Assembly: GCA_037442825.1 (NCBI GenBank)
Contig: JBBIPN010000005.1
Coordinates: 1 to 33,119 of the forward strand
Source: Sulfurihydrogenibium sp.
GTDB taxonomy: Bacteria; Aquificota; Aquificia; Aquificales; Hydrogenothermaceae
Length of the DNA stretch: 33,119 bases
Direction: 5' to 3'
Shown here: in pieces, positions 1 to 8,782 of the stretch
How the letters are laid out: every line of letters starts with the position of its first letter
Position numbering within the stretch: the first letter of the stretch is position 1
Notes under the pieces: model-generated
Told to the model about the DNA's origin: nothing
Database searches by the model: none
The model's input: only the letters and a program-made list of their open reading frames with translations
Translations under genes and position numbers: made by a program

Positions 1-71
1 TTTGGCTTTATCATTCCATCAAGTAATGAGTAATGTGTATGTAAATGTAAATGAACAAAATCTTTATTCAT
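1..71 (-). CDS. dnaE: DNA polymerase III alpha subunit, 5' end only (runs off the window)
   Basis: Not in the ORF track. The reverse strand reads MNKDFVHLHLHTHYSLLDGMIKP, the typical DnaE PHP-domain N-terminus (HLHxHxxYSLLDG). A GAGG RBS lies at 81-84. Confidence 0.92.
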   Translation of the reverse strand, partial: MNKDFVHLHLHTHYSLLDGMIKP

Positions 72-218
72 CTTATTACACCTCTTTCAGTTTTATATTT
101 TAATTTTTTAATTAATTTTTTAATTTCATAATTTATTTTATATTAATAAACTTTTTTTTTGAATGAATAAAAAACATATGTTAAAATTGATAAAATAAAG
201 CGATAAAAGGAGAAAAAG

Positions 219-695
219 ATGAAAAGAATGGATAAGCTAATTCAAGAGTACATTCATGATCCATATTTTACAAAAGAAAAGTATCATGACCCTTCTGTAT
301 GTGAAGTTTGCGGTGTTGTTTTCCATAATGGAATATTTGAATGGTTAAAAGATGTGCCTAAAGATGCTGGAAATATAGTATGTCCAGCATGTAGAAGAAT
401 ACAAGATAAATATGAAGGTGGTGTTGTATACCTTGAAGGAAAATTTTTAGAAAAACATTCAGAAGAAATAATGAATTTAATCAAAAACACAGAAGAAGAA
501 GAAATAAATTACAGACCTCTTGAAAGGATAATATCTATTGAAAAAGAAGATGGAAAAATCATTATAAAAACAACATACGAGCATCTTGCAAGAAGAATTG
601 GGGAAGCTATCCATAGAGCATTTAAAGGAGATTTAAAGTTAAACTATCCTGAAGGTAAAAAATATATAAGGGTTTATTGGCATAGAGATAAATGA
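219..695 (+). CDS. Conserved hypothetical Zn-binding protein, BCAM0308/NMD3-like family
   Basis: HDPY...CxxC...W...CPACRRI.D...G, ending in R(V)xWxR; AGGAG RBS upstream. Confidence 0.7.
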   Translation: MKRMDKLIQEYIHDPYFTKEKYHDPSVCEVCGVVFHNGIFEWLKDVPKDAGNIVCPACRRIQDKYEGGVVYLEGKFLEKHSEEIMNLIKNTEEEEINYRPLERIISIEKEDGKIIIKTTYEHLARRIGEAIHRAFKGDLKLNYPEGKKYIRVYWHRDK

Positions 696-1381
696 AGCAA
701 GATAGATTAATATATAAAAAACCCATCAGAGAACTACCTAAAGACCTATTGCCAAGGGAAAAAGCTATTAAAGTAGGCTTTACCTCTTTATCTGATAATG
801 AACTGTTAGCAATATCATTAGGAAGTGGTACAAAGGGGATAAACGTTATAGGTTTAGCACAGAAGATACTTCAAGGAAGGTCTTTAAAAGATATAAAAAA
901 CATAACATTGGAAGATTTAAAGAAGATAAAAGGTATAGGTGAAACAAAAGCTTTACAGATTTTATCTATATTTGAAATTGCAAGAAGATTAGAAGAAAAT
1001 CAAGATAAGATAAAAATCTCTTCTATAAACGATGCTTATAACTTTTTGAAATTTTTAGGAAATGAACCAGTAGAACATTTAGTATGTCTATATTTAAACA
1101 GTTCTAATGAGCTTATAGAAAAAGAGATAATAGCAAAAGGTTCTTTGAATGTTGTTAGAGTTTTACCAAGGGATATACTTTTCTATGCTATAAAGTATAA
1201 CTGTAATGGAATAATCATAAGTCACAATCATCCAAATGGTTCTCCAAAACCTTCAGAAGAAGATATAAACTTTACAAAAAAACTATCAAACTTAGCATTA
1301 GAAATGGGATTTGATATTTTAGACCATATAATAGTAGGTAAAAAAGATTTCTTTAGTTTTGCAAAAGAAGGGCTTTTATAG
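692..1381 (+). CDS. radC: RadC family protein (HhH + JAB domain)
   Basis: PREK...LSDNELLAISLGSG, an HhH motif IKGIGETKA, and the JAB motif HNHPNG...PS.ED...LDHII. Confidence 0.93.
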   Translation: MKQDRLIYKKPIRELPKDLLPREKAIKVGFTSLSDNELLAISLGSGTKGINVIGLAQKILQGRSLKDIKNITLEDLKKIKGIGETKALQILSIFEIARRLEENQDKIKISSINDAYNFLKFLGNEPVEHLVCLYLNSSNELIEKEIIAKGSLNVVRVLPRDILFYAIKYNCNGIIISHNHPNGSPKPSEEDINFTKKLSNLALEMGFDILDHIIVGKKDFFSFAKEGLL

Positions 1382-1389
1382 GTGAAAAT

Positions 1390-2022
1390 TTGACAGACTT
1401 TATAATAATCTTATTGACAATAGTTGCTTTTACTGGATTTAGTAAATCTAATGAGGAAACTGAGGAAGAAATTTATAAAACAGAACCTCTGTATATACAA
1501 ACATATGAAGAAAATAAAAATAAAGAAGATATAGATACAAAAAACATATCTGTATACAAAGTTTATATTTTAGGTTTAAATATTGGAGAGATATATTTTT
1601 ATAAAGAAGGTGATAAATTGGAAGTTAAAGGAGAAACATATCCATCTTTAAGATTTATTTACAACTATAACTTTCTCTATATTGAAAAAGAGAACTATCA
1701 AGCTCTCTATGAAAAAGAGAAAAATAAGGAAAGAATATATGAAAATGAAGAGATATACGATAAAAAACCTTGGCTTCCATTGATAGCAAAGTTTTTTAAA
1801 GAAGATATAAAATCAGAGGAAATTTTAAACCTAAATATAAATATCAACAACGCTCCAGTTGTTATTAAAAAACAAGATTTAGCATCTGAAACAGTTTTTA
1901 TATTTGAACCACAGAGAAGTAAAACAAAAAAGATAATTGTTTACTTAAATAATGTTGATAAATATCCCTACCAGATAGATATTGAAGGAAAGGTAAACAT
2001 AACACTCAAAAAAGTAAAATAA
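1390..2022 (+). CDS. Hypothetical exported or membrane-anchored protein
   Basis: 210 aa ORF with a TTG start after AGGTG and a hydrophobic N-terminus; no motif recognised. Confidence 0.7.
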   Translation: MTDFIIILLTIVAFTGFSKSNEETEEEIYKTEPLYIQTYEENKNKEDIDTKNISVYKVYILGLNIGEIYFYKEGDKLEVKGETYPSLRFIYNYNFLYIEKENYQALYEKEKNKERIYENEEIYDKKPWLPLIAKFFKEDIKSEEILNLNININNAPVVIKKQDLASETVFIFEPQRSKTKKIIVYLNNVDKYPYQIDIEGKVNITLKKVK

Positions 2023-2025
2023 AAA

Positions 2026-2667
2026 CTATCTAATATGAATAATTAAATTTCCATCTATTCCACCATTTATACCACAGTTACCAAAACCCTTTAAAAGGAC
2101 CTTATCTCCACTTTTTAAATCTTTAACTTTTATTCTTATCTTTTCTTTTCCGTAATGATAACCAAGACCTTTACAAAATTTACATGGATTTAATATTTTA
2201 TACCCTTCTCCAAAACAGCTGAAACATACAATACTACCAAGTTTTGTTTTTACTTTTCCTGTACCATTACACTTCTTACAAATCTCTATCTTACTATCTT
2301 CTTTTAATCCATTACCTTCGCAAAACTCGCAAACTTTATAACGTTTATATCCAACAACAATCTCTTTTTCATTTTCTTTATTTTCTAAATATATTGATAA
2401 ATTTATATCAGAACCATCCTTAGGTTTGTGTGTAAAAAATAAAAAGTTAGAAAACTTACCATTATCTTTTCCTATCAAACATCTATCGTACTCTTTTCTT
2501 TTTTGTGGATCTAAAAGTGTAGTATAAGCTTCATTTAAAAATTTAAATATAAAATCACCACTTGGATTTAAATCAGGATGAAACCTTTTTGCAATTTTTC
2601 TATAAGCTTTTTTTATTTCGTCTTCGGAAGCAGATATTTTTATAGCTAAAAGCTTATAAAAGTTCAT
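2026..2667 (-). CDS. dnaJ: Short DnaJ-family co-chaperone (J domain + zinc finger + partial C-terminal domain)
   Basis: HPD motif, four CxxCxGxG repeats, and a C-terminal GxGxxG..G..GNLII segment. Confidence 0.88.
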   Translation of the reverse strand: MNFYKLLAIKISASEDEIKKAYRKIAKRFHPDLNPSGDFIFKFLNEAYTTLLDPQKRKEYDRCLIGKDNGKFSNFLFFTHKPKDGSDINLSIYLENKENEKEIVVGYKRYKVCEFCEGNGLKEDSKIEICKKCNGTGKVKTKLGSIVCFSCFGEGYKILNPCKFCKGLGYHYGKEKIRIKVKDLKSGDKVLLKGFGNCGINGGIDGNLIIHIR

Positions 2668-3236
2668 TAAGTTATTTCTTCTTCCTCAGATACAGCAACT
2701 ACTACTTTTGCAGGTCTTATAACTTTTCCTTTAAACTTATAACCATGTTGAAGAACTTTAACTATCTGATTATTTTCATACTCTTTAGACCTAACAGCCT
2801 CAACAGCTTCATGCTCCATAGGATTAAACTGTCCATTTGCTTCCACCTTTTCTATTCCAAAGTTTTGTAGTAGTGAAACAATCTGATAATGTGTCATCTG
2901 TACACCTGTTAAGATTGCATTTATATCATTTGTATACTTAAAACTCTCTAAAGCTTTTTCAAAGTTATCTATAACATCTAAAATAGATTTAGCAAACTTT
3001 TCAACGGCTTCTTCTTTTGCTTGTTCTTTTTCCTTTATCATTCTAACTTTATAATCTTCAAAATCTTTCTGTAATGTTTGATAAAGTAAACTTAAACGTT
3101 TAGCTGCTTCTTCTGTTTTTGTAAGTTTTTGTTTTAATGCTTCATTTTCCTCTTGAAGAACTTTTATTTTATCTTCCTCTTTTTCTTCTTGATTGTTTTT
3201 TAAGTTTTCTTCAATGTTAATTTTATTTTTTTCCAA
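2667..3236 (-). CDS. grpE: Nucleotide exchange factor GrpE
   Basis: [52 protein letters not shown] start after GGAGG. Confidence 0.96.
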   Translation of the reverse strand: MEKNKINIEENLKNNQEEKEEDKIKVLQEENEALKQKLTKTEEAAKRLSLLYQTLQKDFEDYKVRMIKEKEQAKEEAVEKFAKSILDVIDNFEKALESFKYTNDINAILTGVQMTHYQIVSLLQNFGIEKVEANGQFNPMEHEAVEAVRSKEYENNQIVKVLQHGYKFKGKVIRPAKVVVAVSEEEEIT

Positions 3237-3292
3237 CTTTTAGACCTCCTGATAGTTTTGATATTTAATAATATATTTCTAAATAAGAGCTA

Positions 3293-3817
3293 TTACAATA
3301 GAATATCTTCTCCAAACATTGTTAAATCTATAAATTCATCTGCAACTTCTATAAGTTCTTTTGCTGTTGTTTGTTTAAATGCTGCAATCTCTACCTTTAC
3401 ACCTTTTGTCTGTAAATACTTAACAAGGTCTTTAAAATCTCCATCTCCTGTTGTTAGTATAGCAACATCTATCTTATCAGATAAAGCTATAGCATCAATA
3501 GCAATACCCATATCCCAATCTGCCTTTATAGTAGTCCATAAATTTCCTTCTTCATCAAGTCTTTTAAAAATTTTAGGTTCTTTTTCCCTAACTTGATAAC
3601 CTATATGTTTTAATGTGTTTATAAAACCTTTTTGGTCTACGCCGTGAAGTTTTATTACATAAGCAAAGGCTCTCACTAAAATTCTATCTCCAACTGTTTT
3701 ATAAAGTATACTTTCAAAATTTACTTTTCTATTTAATGTATCTCTTGCAGAATAATAAAGATTCTGAATATCTACAAATATAGCAACCCTTTGACTATCA
3801 TACAGTTTTTTGTTCAC
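3293..3817 (-). CDS. NYN domain protein (LabA/DUF88, PIN-like fold)
   Basis: VAIFVDxQNL, KADWDMGIAID, TGDGDF, GVKVEI and L..AD.FID motifs; GTG start after AGGAG. Confidence 0.9.
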   Translation of the reverse strand: MNKKLYDSQRVAIFVDIQNLYYSARDTLNRKVNFESILYKTVGDRILVRAFAYVIKLHGVDQKGFINTLKHIGYQVREKEPKIFKRLDEEGNLWTTIKADWDMGIAIDAIALSDKIDVAILTTGDGDFKDLVKYLQTKGVKVEIAAFKQTTAKELIEVADEFIDLTMFGEDILL

Positions 3818-3993
3818 TTTAGTCTCCTAAAATTATTTTTAATCTATTTTATAATATTTACTTAAAATATTACATTTTAGGTCATAGAGATTGTATAAAT
3901 TTAATCTTTTTAATCCAGTAGCAGGTTATAATGATTTTTTCTTATATTTTAAAGTATTACATTAAATAAATAATTAAGAAATAATTAAAATTT

Positions 3994-4004
3994 TGTGTTA
4001 TAAT
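3994..4004 (+). promoter_or_regulatory. Extended -10 promoter of the rpsB-tsf operon
   Basis: TGTGtTATAAT just upstream of the S2 leader, resembling the known extended -10 rpsB promoter. Confidence 0.7.
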
Positions 4005-4020
4005 ATTTTACTTAACTAAG

Positions 4021-4092
4021 CACACTTCCTGCATAAGGGTTGCCCTTTGTTTAAAGGGTGGTACTATGGGGAAGTGGAAGAATAAACCCTTA
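4021..4092 (+). ncRNA. rpsB 5' leader (S2 autoregulatory, t44-like RNA)
   Basis: Outer stem CACTTCC(4023-4029)/GGAAGTG(4070-4076), inner hairpin CCCTTT-gttt-AAAGGG, and TAAGGGTT(4034-4041) complementary to AACCCTTA(4085-4092) as a pseudoknot next to the SD. Confidence 0.82.
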
Positions 4093-4107
4093 AAGGAGGA
4101 TATGTTT

Positions 4108-4950
4108 ATGACAGTAGAAGTTAGTATGAGAGAACTTCTTGAAGCAGGTGTACACTTTGGGCATCAAGTTAGAAGATGGAACCCAAAAATGAAGCCGTAT
4201 ATCTACACAAAGAGAAACGGCATCCACATTATTGACCTTTCAAAAACAGTTCCACTTTTCAAACAAGCCCTTGATTTTGTTACAGAACAAGTTGCAAATG
4301 GTGCAGAAATCCTATTCTTAGGAACAAAGAAACAAGCACAAAACATAATAGAAGAAGAAGCTAAAAGATGTGGTGCTTACTATGTAAACTACAGATGGCT
4401 TGGTGGAATGTTTACAAACTTTGAAACTGTTAAAAAAAGCATTGCAAAACTTAGAAAGCTTCAAAAAATGGAAACAGAAGGTGCTTTTGAAATCCTTCCT
4501 AAAAAAGAAGTAATGAAGTTGAAAAAACAGAAAGAAAAACTTGAGAAATACTTAAAAGGTATTGTAGATATGGATAAAATACCTGAAATTATATACATCG
4601 TTGATACAGTGAGAGAAGACTTAGCAGTAACAGAAGCAAATAAGCTTGGTGTTTATGTTGTAGCTATAGCAGATACAAACTGTGATCCAGATAAAATTGA
4701 TTATCCAATTCCAGGAAACGATGATGCTATAAAAGCAATTCAACTTATAACTTCAAAAATTGCCGATGCAGTTTTAGAAGGTAAGAAATTGAGAGAATCT
4801 GTAGGACAAGCAGTAGAAACTAAAACAATAGAAGAAGAACTCTTAGAAAGGGCTAATACAATAGAATCTGGATATATGGGTGCAAAAAACCACTCCAAAG
4901 AAGAAAAACTAGCTGAAATAGTAGAAAAAGAAGCTAAGGAGGAACTATAA
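4108..4950 (+). CDS. rpsB: 30S ribosomal protein S2
   Basis: [11 protein letters not shown]...[23 protein letters not shown]. Start moved to ATG 4108, 7 nt after GGAGGA; the ORF-track start at 4066 lies inside the leader. Confidence 0.98.
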   Translation: MTVEVSMRELLEAGVHFGHQVRRWNPKMKPYIYTKRNGIHIIDLSKTVPLFKQALDFVTEQVANGAEILFLGTKKQAQNIIEEEAKRCGAYYVNYRWLGGMFTNFETVKKSIAKLRKLQKMETEGAFEILPKKEVMKLKKQKEKLEKYLKGIVDMDKIPEIIYIVDTVREDLAVTEANKLGVYVVAIADTNCDPDKIDYPIPGNDDAIKAIQLITSKIADAVLEGKKLRESVGQAVETKTIEEELLERANTIESGYMGAKNHSKEEKLAEIVEKEAKEEL

Positions 4951-5543
4951 TGGCTGTTGATGCAAAATTAGTTAAAACATTGAGAGAAATGACTGGTGCA
5001 GGAATGCTTGAATGTAAAGCTGCATTAGAAGAAGCAAATGGAGATTTAGAAGCTGCTGTAGAAATATTAAGAAAAAAAGGTATAGCAAAAGCTTCTAAAA
5101 AAGCTGGAAGAGAAACAAAAGAAGGTTTAATACATTCATATATACATGCTGGTGGAAGGATAGGTGTTTTACTCGAACTAAACTGTGAAACAGACTTTGT
5201 AGCTAGGAATGACCTTTTCAAAGATCTTGCTAACGAAATAGCTCTTCAAATTGCAGCTATGAAACCTCAGTATGTAAAAAGAGAAGATATACCAAGGGAA
5301 ATAGTAGAAAAAGAAGTTGAGATTGCTATAGAAGCTGCTAAAGCAGAAGGAAAACCACAACATATAGCTGAAAAAATAGCAGAAGGAAAAGTAGAAAAAT
5401 TCTATAAAGAAGTTTGCTTATACGAACAACCTTATATAAAAGATGATAAAAAAACAGTAGAAGATTTAATAAAAGAATATATAGCTAAAATTGGTGAAAA
5501 TATACAAGTAAGAAGATTTTGTAGATACGAATTAGGAGAATAA
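4950..5543 (+). CDS. tsf: Elongation factor Ts (short, about 200 aa type)
   Basis: [19 protein letters not shown] and the [10 protein letters not shown] motif. Confidence 0.98.
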   Translation: MAVDAKLVKTLREMTGAGMLECKAALEEANGDLEAAVEILRKKGIAKASKKAGRETKEGLIHSYIHAGGRIGVLLELNCETDFVARNDLFKDLANEIALQIAAMKPQYVKREDIPREIVEKEVEIAIEAAKAEGKPQHIAEKIAEGKVEKFYKEVCLYEQPYIKDDKKTVEDLIKEYIAKIGENIQVRRFCRYELGE

Positions 5544-6257
<714 letters not shown>

Positions 6258-6268
6258 GGAGGTGGAAA

Positions 6269-6823
6269 ATGGTAGAAGAGTATCTGAAAGAAGCTGAAAA
6301 AAGAATGAAAGGTTCTGTTTTAAAATATAAAGAAGAGCTTGTTAGTATCAGAACAGGGAGAGCTTCAACAGGTTTGGTAGAAAATATAAAAGTAGACTAT
6401 TACGGTTCAGAAATACCATTAAAACAACTTGCTACAATATCTACACCAGAAGCTTCCCAGATCGTTATACAGACATGGGATAAATCAGCTGTTAAAGCTA
6501 TAGAAAAAGCTCTTATAGAAGCAAATCTTGGAGCAAATCCTCAAACAGAAGGAAACACCATAAGGTTAAATATTCCTCCTATGACAGAAGAAAGAAGGAA
6601 AGAAGTTGTTAAAATGATACACAAATTTGCAGAAGAAGCGAGAATAGCCATAAGAAACATAAGAAGAGACGAAAAAGAAAATATAGAAAAGCTTAAAAAA
6701 GAAGGTTTTTCTGAGGATGATGTGAAAAAAGCTTTAGAGAAACTTCAAAAACTTACAGATAAGTACATAGAAGAAATAAACAATCTTACAGAGGCAAAAG
6801 AAAAAGAAGTCCTCTCCTTCTAG
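6269..6823 (+). CDS. frr: Ribosome recycling factor
   Basis: IRTGRAS, VDYYG, PPMTEERRKE, AIRNIRRD. Confidence 0.98.
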   Translation: MVEEYLKEAEKRMKGSVLKYKEELVSIRTGRASTGLVENIKVDYYGSEIPLKQLATISTPEASQIVIQTWDKSAVKAIEKALIEANLGANPQTEGNTIRLNIPPMTEERRKEVVKMIHKFAEEARIAIRNIRRDEKENIEKLKKEGFSEDDVKKALEKLQKLTDKYIEEINNLTEAKEKEVLSF

Positions 6824-6857
6824 TCTTCCTTTTCTCTTTTTAAAATATTGAAAATTA

Positions 6858-6866
6858 TGATAAAAT
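6858..6866 (+). promoter_or_regulatory. Putative extended -10 promoter for rimP-nusA-infB
   Basis: TGaTAAAAT in the frr-rimP gap. Confidence 0.4.
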
Positions 6867-6909
6867 TATTAAATTAAAAGGATTTATTTTATTTAAACTT
6901 GGTGGGAAA

Positions 6910-7353
6910 ATGAAAGTAGAAGAAAAAGTAAAAGAGCTTATTTTACCAATTTTAGAAGAGAAAGATTTTAAATTGGTTGATATAGAGTTTATACAAAGTA
7001 AAAGACCAATTTTACGTATTTACATATATAACCCAGAAGGCACTTCAATAGATGATTGTGAATGGGTTAGTAAAAGAATTGGCGCATTGCTTGATGTTGA
7101 AGATATTATAAAAAATTCATACATATTGGAAGTCTCTTCACCAGGATTAGATAGAAAACTAAAAAACCTCCATGAATATGAAATATTTAAAGGTAGAAAT
7201 GTTGTCCTAAAAACAAAAGAGCCAATAAATGAAAAAAAAGTATTTAAAGGTATTTTAGAAGGATTAGAAGAAGAGAAAGTTAAAATATCTGAAAATAATG
7301 AAATTTTCAAAATACCTTTAGAAAAAATAAGTCAAGCGAAACTAGACTTTTAA
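6910..7353 (+). CDS. rimP: Ribosome maturation factor RimP
   Basis: IDDCEWVS..I..LLD and YILEVSSPGLDRKL; located upstream of nusA. Confidence 0.96.
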   Translation: MKVEEKVKELILPILEEKDFKLVDIEFIQSKRPILRIYIYNPEGTSIDDCEWVSKRIGALLDVEDIIKNSYILEVSSPGLDRKLKNLHEYEIFKGRNVVLKTKEPINEKKVFKGILEGLEEEKVKISENNEIFKIPLEKISQAKLDF

Positions 7354-7365
7354 GCGGGAGAAAGT

Positions 7366-8484
7366 ATGTCTATAAAGTTGAAAAATGTAATAGAAACAGT
7401 AGCAAAAGAAAAAAACGTACCAGAAGAAGTTATTGAAAAAGCTTTAAAGGATGGTATCCTAACTGCTGTAAAAAGAGAGTTTAAACTAAAAGATAAAGAT
7501 AGTATAAAAATAATTTTTGATAGAGAAAAAGACGAATTAAAGGTTTTAATAAAGAAGAAAGTTGCACCATTTGTAGAAAATGAAAACACAGAGATAGCAT
7601 TAGAAAATGCAAAAAATTATGACCCTAACGCCGAATATGGAAAATTTATATACTACCCTTTAGATTTAGAAGATATTGGAAGGATAGCATTAAATGTTGC
7701 AAAAGAAGTAATTGCTAAAAAAGTCTCAAAAGTTGAAAAGGATATACTGTATAAAGAATTTAAAGAGTTTGAAAGTAAGATTATCACAGGGTCAGTAAGA
7801 AGGTTTGAGGATGAAGATATAATAGTTGATTTAGGAAGATTAGAAGCTATCTTACCAAAGGAAGAACAGATAACTACTGAAAAATACAAAATTGGAGATA
7901 GAATAAGAGCTTTAGTCTTAAAAGTATCAAAAGATGCAACTTACCCAATAATTGAAAAAGGAAAAGTGAAAAGAGTTATAAAAGTATCAGAACCACCAAT
8001 AATAATACTTAGCAGAACACATCCAAACTTTTTAAAAAGGTTACTTGAATTAGAAGTACCAGAAATTCAAGAAGATGAGATAGAGATAAAAGCAGTAGCA
8101 AGAGAACCTGGAGAGAGAGCAAAAGTAGCTGTTTATTCAAAAGATAAAAATATAGACCCTGTTGGTGTAGTAGTAGGTTTAAAAGGAAGTAGAATTAATA
8201 TTGTCTCTTCTGAACTTTCTGGAGAAAAAATAGATGTTATAGAATGGGATGAGAACCCAGCTAAATTTATTGTAAGAGCTTTAGCACCAGCAAAACCAAA
8301 AAAATATAGATTATTGCCAAAAGAAAAAAGGATAGAAATAGCTGTACCAAAAAATGAGTTATCTTTAGCTATTGGTAAAAATGGAATAAATGCAAAATTA
8401 GCCCATAAACTTACAGGATGGTATATAGATATACTAAGTGAGGAAGATTTTGAGAGAATTCAAAAACTTCCAACAAAAGAATGA
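7366..8484 (+). CDS. nusA: Transcription termination/antitermination factor NusA
   Basis: S1 + KH motifs: SRTHP..LELEVPEI, AREPGERAKVAV, DPVG..VG.KGSRI, LSLAIGKNG.N.KLA.KLTGW.IDI. Confidence 0.98.
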   Translation: MSIKLKNVIETVAKEKNVPEEVIEKALKDGILTAVKREFKLKDKDSIKIIFDREKDELKVLIKKKVAPFVENENTEIALENAKNYDPNAEYGKFIYYPLDLEDIGRIALNVAKEVIAKKVSKVEKDILYKEFKEFESKIITGSVRRFEDEDIIVDLGRLEAILPKEEQITTEKYKIGDRIRALVLKVSKDATYPIIEKGKVKRVIKVSEPPIIILSRTHPNFLKRLLELEVPEIQEDEIEIKAVAREPGERAKVAVYSKDKNIDPVGVVVGLKGSRINIVSSELSGEKIDVIEWDENPAKFIVRALAPAKPKKYRLLPKEKRIEIAVPKNELSLAIGKNGINAKLAHKLTGWYIDILSEEDFERIQKLPTKE

Positions 8485-8782
8485 AGTTAAGGTTATAGAT
8501 TTGTTAAGATTAGCATATAAATCAAGAAGCTTACAATTTGGATACGATAGTTTAAAAAAATTGAAGGGTAAATACTTTTTAATTTTAGCCTCTGACCTTT
8601 CAGAAAACACAAAAAGAAATATAATAAAATTAAATAAATTTGAGATATTTACATTTAAAACAAAGGAAGAGTTAGGAAATATATTTTCAAAAAGTAATAT
8701 TGGTGTTGTTGCAGTGTTAGAAAATAATTTAGGATTAGAAATAAAGCGTCTTTTAAAAGGATTAGGAGGTTTACATATTTGA
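8438..8782 (+). CDS. L7Ae/L30e-family (YlxQ-like) RNA-binding protein
   Basis: LLRLA.KS...[18 protein letters not shown]...VVAV; sits between nusA and infB. Start is GTG 8438 or TTG 8450. Confidence 0.82.
   Translation: MRKILREFKNFQQKNEVKVIDLLRLAYKSRSLQFGYDSLKKLKGKYFLILASDLSENTKRNIIKLNKFEIFTFKTKEELGNIFSKSNIGVVAVLENNLGLEIKRLLKGLGGLHI

Noticed and set aside
3258..3596. 112-aa plus-strand ORF and the similar short ORFs opposite tsf, rimP, nusA, pnp, sdhA and tyrA
   Set aside because: They lie antisense to well-supported genes and show no independent coding evidence.
4066..4107. N-terminal extension of S2 from ATG 4066
   Set aside because: It lies within the structured leader, and the strong SD points to ATG 4108.
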